A stretch of 64,000 nt of DNA from Eledone cirrhosa (lineage: Eukaryota): assembly GCA_964016885.1 (NCBI GenBank), contig OZ024746.1, forward strand, positions 100,378,001 to 100,442,000. The letters run 5' to 3'. A program made the translations under genes and the position numbers. Positions 22,340 through 34,298 of the stretch are shown here, one piece after another; within the stretch, counting starts at the first letter, position 1, and each line of letters begins with the position of its first letter. The notes below the pieces were generated by a model that was not told where the DNA came from, did no database searches, and was given only the letters and a program-made list of their open reading frames with translations.

Positions 22340-23760
22340 GACTGATCGGCCGACGGGAGAGGGACCGCGATGGAAGGGAAGGACTCTGAAAACAGGTCGA
22401 TTAGCTGTTGGTGTTGAGAAGCCAGAGAGTCAGAGTTGCACGGAGCAAGGGAGGACAGAGAAGAGAGGAGACTGACAGCCCCTTTAATGTCAAATTCGAT
22501 GAATTTAGCATTGACCGCTCGCTTGAGGTCTACCGGTTGTCTGTTGGTGGACACCGAGCTCGGTGTCGAACTGAGATGGGACGTGGTTGGGGTGGACTCA
22601 AACAGCTGGAACTGCCGCTTAAGAGAGGACGTGAGGGAACCCGAGTTCGCATTGTGCACGTGAAGAGAGATGAGGGGAAACAAAAACAATTTCTGCCAGT
22701 CAGACCTATTGTTGGACGAGCAAACGTTTTTCCATAAATTAGAGAGGGTACGTGCAAAGCTATTCCGAGCTCCCTTGGGGATCCGGTTTACGAACTTAGG
22801 TTTGGAGAAGCCCTGGGGGGCTGTGGCAAAGTCCTCGGTAGAGAGTTAGTCATCGAAGGGTGGGTCATCCCCACGGAATACGTCGGAGCTGAAGTGGCAC
22901 CGATTACAGGTCCAGTATTGAAGCCTTTTGGCTTGAGCTTTGGTGATGCCGACACAGCTTCTGTGGTAGCTTGCGTGGCATAGGTGACATTTAATTGTCT
23001 TTAAGTGCCGGCTAGTGCGGGCACAGAGAGCGCAATCAGGTGGTGGGCTGGCAGCAGCCGGCAGTAGAGGGCCAGCGTTGGAATTCGGTGGAGGTAGTGA
23101 GTCAGTAAAGGCGGCAGCAGTGGTTCTAACGGTCTAACTAAAGCGGAGGTTGAGTAGTGGGCTAACAGTTGAAGAGGTGGTGTGATTGGCCGGGTTGGAT
23201 TCGCTCGGAATCTGCGGTGAAGGGGAGACGAGGGTAGGTGGGGACAAGTTAGCTCCTCTCGTGCGTGCCGAAGTTGGTGGAGAATGAGAGGTCGAAGGCT
23301 GACCGGTTGTCACATAGTCGTTCTACCCAGCAGGTCTCTTGGTCGTTCGACGCATGCCTCCGCCACCTAGAGTGGACTAGGTTAAAGTGGAGGCAACTTT
23401 GGCAATCGGCCATCACTGGTGATAGTTCAGTCGAAACATCGGACCACCAACGGGTTGAACGAAGACATAGGTGGGCTGTGCGCGAGGGCGAAGTAAGGGG
23501 TGAGCAAGAGGAGGGATAGAAAGTGGAGAAGGAGGGAGAAGATTATGAGTGCGTGGAGAGGAGTGTGGTCATGTGAGAGGCAGGTAAATACAGTGGAAGA
23601 GAAAGAGCAATGAACATGCAAAGAGAAGGAAAATAAAAACGTTAGAAGTACAAAATTTAAGGCTGTGAGTTTGTGTAATATTTCGCATGGGTAAATCCAC
23701 AGTAAAATCAGAAATTGTGAGTTTGTGTAAATTAAATGGTACGACGGTTCAGTTATATTC
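22340..23760 (-). mobile_element. 5' part of a CRE-like (RLE-type) non-LTR retrotransposon with an N-terminal PHD finger, degraded
   Basis: PHD pattern at 22897-23034, in frame (one stop) with KFVNRIPKGARNSFARTL, then DWQKLFLFP and FDIKGAVSLLSS..LAP. These resemble the pre-RT region of CRE-like elements. RT is absent, so clade assignment is tentative. Confidence 0.6.
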
Positions 23761-24639
23761 AAGTATGCGAAAATGTAAACAAATATTTATATCCCAGACA
23801 GAAATGTTAATTTCCACTTCTATATACTCTTTTATATAATTATCTGCTGGTGGATTTTGTATTTCGCTCTATATCTTAACTGAACTTTCTGTGTTATCAC
23901 CGCTATGAAATTCAGTTTCTACAATTTCTCATAGAATTATCTTGCTAAACTGCCAGGCTATTTCGTCCGATTACATTCTGGTTTCAAACATTTCTTCACA
24001 GTTCTCTATAAACTTTTCTGGTTATCATTTGTTTCGTTTTTTTTTTATCAGAAGGGCCTCAAAAATTCTGAATACATTTGCTGGATATTACTTACTGTTC
24101 GACCACACCAGAATTACATATGTTGATGCCCTAAGGACAGACACTGGTCCCTGGTGACGCAGGACAGAGCGACGATGATGAAGGACAGAGACCCCTAGAG
24201 AGAACTCGTCCATGGATCTCGGCAATTTTACCCGCCCTATATATATATATATATATATATATAGCACTAACTTAGCGTAATTCATAGTAGAGGTGTATAC
24301 GAAGACATAAACATGTTTATGTGTTATAAACATATATAAGTCTCGCTACGGGACAGTATACTCATATTTGATTTAATTTGTTATGGTGGATAGACTGCAC
24401 CTTTTAATTCAAAAGCACTGTCATGCTAAATGCCCTCGTGAATTAAGTTACGGGTACACATGTCTGTTGAGTGCTCGGGCACTCACCTATTAATTTCATG
24501 GGTAGGCTGTTCCGTTGATTGAACAACTGGAACACTTTTAGAAATGAAACCAGTTTTTTTTATAGGCGGTGGGGTGTATTGTTCGTTTTACTCTAAATTC
24601 TTATTGAATAAAAATATACACACAAATAAATATATACAA

Positions 24640-25650
24640 TTCTTCTTCACCCACTTATTTCTGTGAGCGTCATGGGGCAGAATCCTCAATCACTCCTTCC
24701 AGTGGGTCCTGTCAGAAGCAACCGTTTCCAACTGATCCGGCTGGACCGCCAAGCGAGACCAGCCAAACTTATGGATGTTATCCACCCGTCTTGCTTGGAG
24801 TCTACCCCTGGATCTCCTACCAGTTGGTTTTGTCTGCAAAATCTGTCTGGCGATTCTTTCCTGAGACATCCTAACCCTAACCCATAGAATTGGAGCTGTA
24901 ATTCAAACAACCTCTCTAGTCTCCCTTTTTGAAAATTGGGATTATCACTCTCGATTGCCATTGCCTAGGTGCCTTTCCAGAGATGTAGGCTACCCGGCAC
25001 ACACAAATCACCCTGAGAATACCTTCTCTATTTAAGGCTTTTAATAACCCGGGCTGAATTTCATCTTCCCCAGTGGCTTTGCCACATTTGAGCTCTTTGA
25101 CTACTCTTGTGACCCCAGCCTCTGATGCACCTCGTGTATATCAGAAGATGCTGTTGTGGTCGGGTTTAGGAGATCAGCAAAGTATTCTCTCCGCCTCGCG
25201 TAGATGACCCTCTCTGAAGAGAGGAGAACCACAGGTGCGTTCCTGATAGCAGGTGTAGAGGGGGCTTCTTATGAAGCCGGCAGATGGTCTGCCAGAAAAC
25301 TTTATTTGCTGGTCTGAAGTCGCATTCCAGTTTAATTCCCAAGTCCTCCCATGTCTTAACTTTGGACGCCTTTACTGTCTCTGCGACGACTCTTTGCTCC
25401 GTTCTTTACCGCAAGTTCAAGAAGGACTTATTTCCAAGCCAGGCTTTGTAAGCCTCCTTCTTTGCTCGGATGGCATCATCGACCTCTTGATTGAACCAAG
25501 GCGTCCTCCTGCCACCCGACGCCACACCAAGCCTCTTTCGCCCGCAGTATTTAACAGCTAAAGCAGAGTCTGCTGCGCCGAATAATCACGACTCCATTTC
25601 AACGTCCTTATTTTTCTCTGAATTTGGCTGCAATAGTATCTGCATGCCTG
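24640..25650 (-). mobile_element. Internally deleted RTE-clade LINE
   Basis: REYFADLLNP and LKCGKATGEDEIQP..WQSRVIIPIFKKGD are joined to the (GAA)-tailed 3' end family seen at 15700. Confidence 0.7.
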
Positions 25651-26496
25651 GTCCTGACTTCCTTACCCACCAATACTTAATTACATAAATATTTCATATG
25701 AAAATATAGAATGAAAAACAAAGAAAATATTAATTCAACATTGTATCAATCGTTCACAGACCACAAGGGGTGTCTGAGCATCCCTCTACTATATTTTGAA
25801 GCAAGGCAACATACTTGCAGCATTACCGCGAGTGATAGCGCGGCTAAGGCTCTGGAACAACCAAGCACCCTTACGAGCATCACCTGACACGTCGGTGAAG
25901 TGAGCTGCCAACAATAAGAATTTCGTGTCAGCGGCCCAGCTCCCACAAACGTCTCCAACTCCACAGGCTGAAAAAATAGTTTACCGATAATAAAATACCG
26001 CAAATTATAATTTGCGGTATTTTAGAATTTTATTCCATTCGGCTATGGAAGCAGTGGCCCTCACCTTTACCGCAGCATCCAGGATGTGGGAAGGAGCAAA
26101 AGAGTCATATTGTGGCGTCCCAAATGTGACACTAACCTCTTAGCCTGGAAGAAAGGGTAAGACTATCTGGTCTCTTCCCATTAACTCTGGACAATCCAGC
26201 CGGCTCCGCTGGTCTTTCCAAATATTTACTCGAGCCAGGGCTCGCTTAATAATTAAGTTAGGTACCTGAAATTAAAAATAATGATTTCTACTATAAGCAC
26301 AAGGCCATTGGAGGGAGGGGAAAGTCGATTAAATCGATCCCAGTGCATTTCTGGTACTTTGTTTTATCGAGTATTTCGTGAGTATTTTGATCTGACGTTC
26401 ATATTTTTATCACGAGTGACATAAATAGAGTGAATACATTTCAAATAGGAATCAAATAAAACCTGGGTCTCCTACCCTGACACTAGCAAACAATTA

Positions 26497-26669
26497 CGAG
26501 GGTCGCCTATGAAGGGGTGATGCTAGAGCTGTGAAATCTTGCTTATTTCAACAATTCTTATTAATAACCGCATTGTTTTTTTTCCAGGAACTATGTTGAA
26601 AAATAAACTTTATTTGGTCATTCCATGAGAGTATCTTGATCAGACTATGAACTTTTCAGCCGGGCCTTG
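26497..26669. mobile_element. Tc1/mariner-type MITE
   Basis: TA|CGAGGGTCG ... AACTTTTCAGCCGGGCCTTG|TA; related copy at about 41392-41560. Confidence 0.6.
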
Positions 26670-27013
26670 TAATGAATCATGCCGGTTTCCTTTGTATTTA
26701 AAAACGGTAAATTTTTACAATTACACCCGCTTCAAATTTGTTTTTCCTGTGGCTTTGGTGTGTTTTCAACGAATCTGACCTTAAAAACAGGTGGAAATTA
26801 TTCCTTTTTTAGTTAACACGAGGGTTAGGTGATGCACATCCGGAGTTTTCTGTACAGCTATGCCTGTCTAGCTCTGGAGGTAAGTTTGGGGTGGGGTTTT
26901 TTTAACGAATCCTACTTTCAAATCCGTCGAAAATTATTGGTGTTTCTGTTACTTCAGGGAAGTTATAAAACAAAAAACGTTCGAATATAATCATTTTTAT
27001 CATTACTTTTGTA

Positions 27014-27136
<123 letters not shown>

Positions 27137-27899
27137 AATCATTTTCTTTCATTTAAAGTTTATTAAAATGAAGTGACTTGCTAAAATATCGATATATTAT
27201 CTCCCTTAGACAACACATATCGCGTTTGAATAGTTGTTACTTTAACTCTTTTAAGACTGCATTCCTGATGAAATCCACTTTATTTTAATTATTCATGAAG
27301 AATTTTGATGGATTTACTAAATTATGTTGGAAATTTTTAATATACATTGGAAACCTTTAAAATGGATGGTTTTATTTCATAGAACCAGATCTGGTAACTG
27401 AAGGGTTAAACAAAAGTTACAATCAATTAAATTAATTCTCAGTATATAACTGGTACCCATCTGCGTGTTATTTCCTCTAGAGGGATGAAGGCAAAGTTGA
27501 TACCAAATTAACTTTTTTCTGTAATAAATTTCAAAATAACTAAACTGAAACTAGTTTAATTAATCAAAGTGGAGTTATCAAATGGAATCTGAATTCGAAA
27601 GTCGATCATGCATTGAAAAATCAATACCAGTCATATACTGAGGTTATTTCAATATCTTTTCCTCTACACATTATGTGACAGTCGATCGACTTTCGTCAAA
27701 TCGGACCGAAGAAACAATGTTTCCGCTGGTCTTTCCAATTGCTAATACTATCTATTGGTCGCAACTCCAGCTAGGAGCAACGTAAAATAAAGTGTCTTGC
27801 TCAAGGATATAACGCATCGCCCGGTCCAGGAATCGAACTCACAACCTCACAATTACAATGCTCTAAAACTGAGCCACGCGCCTTCCTTAGGGCAGAAAG

Positions 27900-28112
27900 G
27901 GTGGTTTATTGGTAGTTTCAGTAGTGTCGGACAACATGCATTGTGACATATTTGCAGCCCTTTATCATCTGGGTTCAAATCCCAACGAGGTTAACTTTGC
28001 CTTTCATCCTTACGGGGACAACAAAATAAAGCACCAGTAATAAACTGGGGTCGATTTAATCGACTTTCCCTCCCCTAAAATTGTTAGCCTTGTGCCTAAA
28101 TCAGAAACCATT
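27900..28112 (+). mobile_element. tRNA-derived SINE with a Meta-like central domain (representative copy)
   Basis: B-box GGTTCAAATCC followed by GCCTTTCATCCTT.CGGGG..A.AAAATAAAG.ACCAGT. Other copies at about 28760-29115, 45105-45285, 63920-64000 (+) and 26280-26370, 33955-34155, 36285-36480, 57255-57565 (-). Confidence 0.72.
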
Positions 28113-28120
28113 ATCTATAC

Positions 28121-28750
28121 CAGAGGTAGGGAACCTTTTCATGTTGAAAGGCCACATTAAGTTACTTGAAATGTAAGGCCTCATTCAAGAAACCATAATT
28201 ATATATTCTTAAAATCTACATTTTGTAAACATCTTATTACCATGTACAAATTATCTTAAAAACAATAAAAACGAAAATTTAATTTTAAAGCTAACATTCT
28301 TTTAATGATTTTGTTGTAGGAAAGCATTTTGGTATTTGGTTCCAACATGGAGCGTCTAAAGCAGTCATGGGCAACCTGCGACCCGCGAAGCTTTCTTATT
28401 TTTTACCCCACCTTTTCAGTCGTAATTTATCTTTCTATCATTTTTACGATCCAGGAAAACAACCTGAGTTACCGCCCTTCTTTTAATGTGGGCACGAATG
28501 TAAATTAGCGCTTGCGACCCGCTTCTCGAAAAAGGATGCCCACGCCTGGGCTAAAGTTTCAACTGAACCTCTAGATGGGCATCCACCATTTGTGATTTCA
28601 AAGATGTCTTAATTTAGGTTAGTTAGGAGAATTTAGATTCACAGCAATAAGCGGTTTAAATTATAAGAGATAGACAAAAACTTAATTAAAATTATAAGTT
28701 TGTTCGAAAATTTTGATTCTTTCAAAAGGTCGCAGGTTCCCCATCTCTAG
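28121..28750. mobile_element. hAT-type MITE containing a nested hAT MITE (28362-28548)
   Basis: Outer TIRs CAGAGGTAGGGAACCT / AGGTTCCCCATCTCT. Inner TIRs CAGTCATGGGCAACCT / AGGATGCCCACGCCTG, with 8-bp TSD GTCTAAAG/GGCTAAAG. Confidence 0.68.
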
Positions 28751-31189
28751 AACATTAGGGCATATCATATAGTTACGGCCCTTCATGTTCTGATTTCAAA
28801 TCCTAACGAGGTTAACATTGCCCTCTTCCTTAGGGGGTCGATAAAATAAAGCACCAGTAATGCACTGGTGTCGATTTAATTATTTTTCTCCTCCCCTTCA
28901 AATTGATGGCCTTGTGTCTAAATCAGAAACCATTCGATGGATTGGCACTATCAGTAAAGCATCAGACACCATGCTTTTCAGCAGAGTTACGGCCCTTTAC
29001 GTTCTGAGTTCAAATCCCACCAAGGTTAGCTTTGCCTTATGTTGTCAATAAAATACAGTACCAGTAATGCAGTGGAGTAACTGCTGGCCTTGTGCCAAAA
29101 GTAGAAACAATTATTATCTAGGCCATTGCTCGTATCTGAAACACGATCTATAAAAATGTTTAGTGAAATATTTTATAATCAAAACAAAAAGTCAACATGA
29201 AACTATTTTAATTTATTATCTACTGGTATGTCAACAAGCTTATACAGCTCAATGATGACCTTCTTGACATATATATATACATATACACACACATACGTAC
29301 ATATACATACATAAATATAGACACACATATGTAGAGATACACGTGCACACACACACACGTACATACATATACACACACATATGTTGACACGAATATATAT
29401 CTAGTGTTGACTCATCAACAACTAATTATAGAAATTTTTGAAAATACATTGATTTCTTTTAACTTAATATAAGGCCAGCTTTGATAGGAGAGAAATTATA
29501 GTTTATTGATCACAGAATATTGATATCCCAGAAGGATGAGTATTGGGGGTTAACCCATGAGGGTGTAACTTGTGAACAGGGTTTGAGTCATAACATTGAA
29601 AATTACAAATTTCCAACACCATTGACTAAATGTTAGTGTTCAACCCATTAGCATTTACATTACTCTAGATTTACTATTGTATTTTCACAGCAAAGACTTT
29701 ATCTCATATAGTATCGAAGCTATGAGATTTTGATCTTATTTATTTTGAGAATAATACTTTAGCATAAGTATGAGCAGCAGGTTATGACCGGTTTGAAGAG
29801 AAAGATGTGAGAGAATTCTGGCCGGATATGACTGGTTTAAATGCTAAAAGGTTTAGAAGATATTTCTATAGTAAATCATATTCGTAACAAAAGCTGTATG
29901 AGCAGCCGGTTTGAACGAATTCTGGTCGGCTGTCTTCTTTTCTTCAGCCACTTATTCCTGAGAGGGTTGTGGGGGCAGAATCCTCAAACACTCCCGCCAG
30001 CAGGTCCTGTCAGAAGCAACCATCTGATCTGGCTGGATCCCCAAGTGTGACCAGCCAAGCTCATGGATGTTATCCAACCATCTTGCTCAGGGTCTACCCC
30101 TGGGTCTCCTGCCAGTTGGTTTCGCCCATAAAATCTACCCAGCAATTCTTTCCTGAGACATTCTAACCACATGACCAGTTTAAATGCTAAAGGGTTAAAG
30201 TGATTGACTCACAATCATGAATTCGATTCTCACCCATATGTTGTGTCTTTGAGCAAAACTTTTTATTTAATGATGCTCCAGTCAACTTGGGTGAGAAAAA
30301 ATGAGTTGTATCTGTAATTCAATGGGTCAGCCTTGCCACACACAGTTTGGTGGAATCTCCCTGAGAATTATGTTCAGGATCCATGAGTCTCGCATGTTAA
30401 TTTCATAAGTAGGCTGTTCTGTTGATCTTCTCATCGTGTCCACTAGTGTCAGTTACAAAGTTTGGCTAGATGTGCTCCCACCACATTGCTGTCCTTTCTC
30501 ATTAAACACTGCCAAGTCTAATACTGTGTAGGGGTGTTCCAACAGGATCATATCAGGAGATGCTGCATAGTCTGTGGTTCGATGCCGCAGTCACATACAT
30601 CCCCATCCTTTAAATATCCCCATTTTGCAAGATTGGTATTTCCACACTGCAACTGAAACATCATTAGAACCAACAGAGAGAGGTTTAATATGACCAAATT
30701 TTAAGATATCGAAAATGAGAACAGCAGCAGCTTGCAAATCCAAAAATTCTTCTTCTCCCACTTATTCCTGAGAGGGTCATAGCAGTCCGCAAACAGTCCT
30801 TCCAGTAGATCCTGTCAAAAGCAACTGTCTCCAATTAATCCGGCTGGATCCCTAAGTGAGACCAACCAAGTTCATGGATGTTATCCAACCATCTACCTCT
30901 CTATAAAAGATATGGTGTTCCACGTTCCAATTATCAAGGTTTGCTCCGTTCCGAACCATCTTTGGGGTCTCGGGATATGTAAACTTTGTGTGTCCATCCC
31001 ATACCTCCAAGGACAGGTCGCAAGCCCATCACCAGTTTTTATAGCATAAAATGGAGACTGCAATATATTTTTCAAACAGGCCTGAACCAAAATATGGATA
31101 TTTAAAGGGTGTAGTGAGATTGTAGACAAGTGATGGCAGATGCAGAGTGATAGTTAAAAGCAACAGTGAAATATACTCTTTCCAATCCA

Positions 31190-31575
31190 ATGAAGGTTCT
31201 ACAGTAGTTAATAGCTTCTCTTTAAAAGGTGAACTAATTAGCTGTGGAGGATGGGGCTTTGAAAGGATTAAGAGTTTCTAACCTCGTTGGAAACAAAGGG
31301 ATTATCTCTCTAAGCAAAGGGTGGATGGTATGATAGTGCAGAGTTACATGATAGTGAAGTGTGGGCACTGAATGTAAAGGGTATGTGAAGGTTAGAAATA
31401 AAGAAGCAAGCACGCTCTACTGGATATGTAATGTTAATGTAGATGAATAACAAAGCAGAGATGAGTTGAGAGAAAAACAAGAGGAATCAGATATAGTGTG
31501 CAAGAGAGAAGATTGTGTTGGTACAGACATCTAACACATATGGATGATGATTATTAGGTGTAGAAGTGCCAGCTG
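31190..31575 (+). mobile_element. Old RTE-clade 3' fragment
   Basis: Degenerate LH(G)SEVWAL and RRL.WY motifs similar to 45565-46184. Confidence 0.55.
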
Positions 31576-33038
31576 TCCCAAGTTTAAGGAACTTGAGAAG
31601 AGGAAAAGTTAGAGGTAGTGAAAGCTAATCTCGGGATGGTGAATATCACATAGGAAAGAGATGACGAAGGAAAGAATCATGTGAAAGAATAATGAAGAGG
31701 TCTCATCTAACCCATTTGAGCATAGAGAAGCATGATTTCAATACAAAGATTATGAGATATAAAGTTGATAACAATAATACCAGTATGACTGGAGAGTTAA
31801 AAGCAGATTCTGGTGTGATTTGGTCTCAGAATCTATAGAGAAAAACTATATATTTAATTCATATAATAAAATGTTCTTGTGTCTTAGCTATCTTAAGAGA
31901 TTTTTTTCTCTTTCTAATACTAATACTAAAAATGTTTGAAAACAATGTTATCAAATAAATTTTGATAACTAAACTGATGACTCCAAGCTTGCTTGATGAA
32001 GAGCATGATTTTTGGGCACCTTGAGAGATGAAAGACAAAACCTGTCAAAGGGCAGCAGAACTCAAGAGAGTCAACAGTCATCCTATAGTGTGTAAAAAAA
32101 TAAATTTAAAATAACCTCTTAGACAGAGCTCATTAGCCATAGCAATCTGTTTAGAAGAAGGATCAGTCTGAACCAGGACAGATGAGATCCCTTAGTAACC
32201 TTGGTGACAACCTTTCACGTGACCTATGGCTTCATACTTGTGATGAAGGTGTATGAGTAATGTTTTGACAACGATTTGGGATCTTCTGAAGACACTTTTA
32301 TCCTGATAAGAATCATAGTTATACAACATCATGTAGATTAGCATTGGTGTAATTGTCCATGGTCCCCAACCATCAGCAATGAGGATGGAAAGAGACCAGA
32401 AAACTAATCAATCAACAGTAAAACCTTCCATCCTTATATTCTATTGCTCTCATTTCAAATTACATTCTTTTCTTTCAGCCTTTTGATTTTTTAAAAGAAA
32501 GAAAAAAGCAGAAAAAATAGAGAATTAAAGACAAAATTAAATAAAAATAGAGAAAACACAAACTAAAAAAGTAGAAAAAAAATAGTTATAATTAATATTT
32601 TACAACAAAAATTAAGTGCTACTCAACGGATAGGAAACCAATTCAGAATGAATATTTTTTTCTTTTTTTTTTCTTCCTTTTTATGTTTTTTTTTTATTTA
32701 AATGCAATTATCAGATAATCCCTGTCACTTCTCTTCTTCTCCCTCCACCAACACCAAAGTTAAGTTTATGGAAAATGGAAAATGTTGTTGCACATGGTAG
32801 GGAATTATGAGAAGGTAAAGTTGCACTTGTTTCTGGAGAAATTCTTCAACAGAATTCAGACACTACCGAATATCTGTCAGAGTAAAATTCAACAATCAAC
32901 TTTCTGCACCAAATATTCTTTGTTTTTTGGGTGAGATTTCTTAAACCCCTTCTTCTCATTATCAATGCAGAGGTCTCAAGGACAGACCAATTCTGAACCA
33001 GTAGCCAGCCCAAAGGGGCTATTTATTGTTCAATCAGT

Positions 33039-33119
33039 CTATGCCAAATAACTATACACATCTTTTTGGCCATCCACTCTTTCCAAGTATTCTTTTTCAA
33101 TCAGAATATCTATACATTT
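33039..33119 (-). CDS. CUL1: Cullin-1 last coding exon
   Basis: cag|[26 protein letters not shown] (81 nt). Confidence 0.96.
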   Translation of the reverse strand, partial: KCIDILIEKEYLERVDGQKDVYSYLA

Positions 33120-33454
33120 CTGAAAAATAACAAATATATATAAGAAATAATTTACAAATATATTACAAAAAAAAAAGCATACGTAATATTTTAAAAAGAC
33201 ATAAAAAACAAAACAAGTTAAAAGACATGAAAATGTAGGATAATGAGTGTTCAGTTATCCTGCCAGCTCTTATTGGCGAGAGGTTGAAGAGGATTGAGGG
33301 TGTGTTTCACGGCCAGATGCCCTTCCTCATACCAACCTTTGAATGGTCTCCCTTCAAGTGTAGAGCTACACAATACACAATAAGCAACTTTCCCATTCAT
33401 GAGAGCAAAAAATTAGTTGACAGAAATCAAGGTTCAGTTTGGTTCATCAATGGT

Positions 33455-33835
33455 CTGTTGTCTATATTCTAGCTGTCTGTTGTTTATATTCTACCTGTCC
33501 GTTGTAGAATATAGAAAACAGACTGGTAGAATGTAGACAACAGACTGGTAGAATATAGACAAGTCTGTTATTTATATTCTACCTGTTGTCTACATTCTAC
33601 CAGTCTATTGTCTACATTCTACCTGTTGTCTATACTCTACCAGTCTATTGTTTATATTCTGTCTGTTGTCTATATTCTACCTGTCATCTATCTTCTACCA
33701 GTAGTAGTGTCTACAACAGCAATCCTAGTGCTGTCTGCTACAGCACAACTGGTAGTGTCTGCTACATCAATCCTGGTGCTGTCTGCTACATCAAACCAAG
33801 TGCTGTAGCAGACAGCACCAGAATACTGTAGAATA
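33455..33835. repeat. Short ~20-bp tandem repeats (partly inverted) followed by ~30-bp tandem repeats
   Basis: CTGTTGTCTATATTCTAC units with a reversed block at about 33505-33562, then GTGCTGTCTGCTACA units. Confidence 0.7.
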
Positions 33836-34184
33836 TTGCCTCAAATGTAACTGCTGGACTAGATGATAGAGAAAGAACCAGAAATAATGAAGGGAAGAAC
33901 ACTAGTTAATCACTGACAATTATCAGGAGAATTTATTTAGTTTCCTCAAATAATGGTTTTTGATTTAGGCACAAGGCCAATAATTTGGAGGGAAGAGGAA
34001 AATCGATTAAATCAACCCCAGTGTGTTACTGGTACTTTATTTTATCGACTGTAAGGATGAAAGGCAAAACTAACCTCAGCAAAATTTAAACTCAGAACGT
34101 AACTATGCTGTGAGCCATAGTGTCCAATGCTCTACTGATTCTGCCAATCCACCACCAAAATAATAATAAAACAACAATACTCAC

Positions 34185-34298
34185 CTTGATGACGGATATT
34201 TTAGGCTTGAAGCGAGAGGATAGCTGAATGCAAACCTCAGATAGAAGGTTCTGATGTTTTAGTTCTTTTCTCATTTTCATAATTCTCACAATAGCTGC
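34185..34298 (-). CDS. CUL1: Cullin-1 exon carrying the neddylation lysine
   Basis: cag|[38 protein letters not shown]|gtgagt (114 nt). Confidence 0.96.

Noticed and set aside
24870-24883. CCTAACCCTAACCC telomere-like repeat
   Set aside because: Only about two units, and it is a local variant of the RTE sequence CTAACCACAT, with homology continuing on both sides.
26030-26125. Possible HDV-like ribozyme on the minus strand upstream of an RTE fragment
   Set aside because: P1, P3 and L3 need several mismatches and P1.1 is not placed canonically. It cannot be supported without a covariance search.
27680-27775. Peptide VDRLSS...MFPLVFPIANTIYW resembling a Cys-loop receptor M4 helix
   Set aside because: The spacing is wrong, there are no other exons, and the core CCGCTGGTCTTTCCAA recurs at about 26206, so it is repeat-derived.
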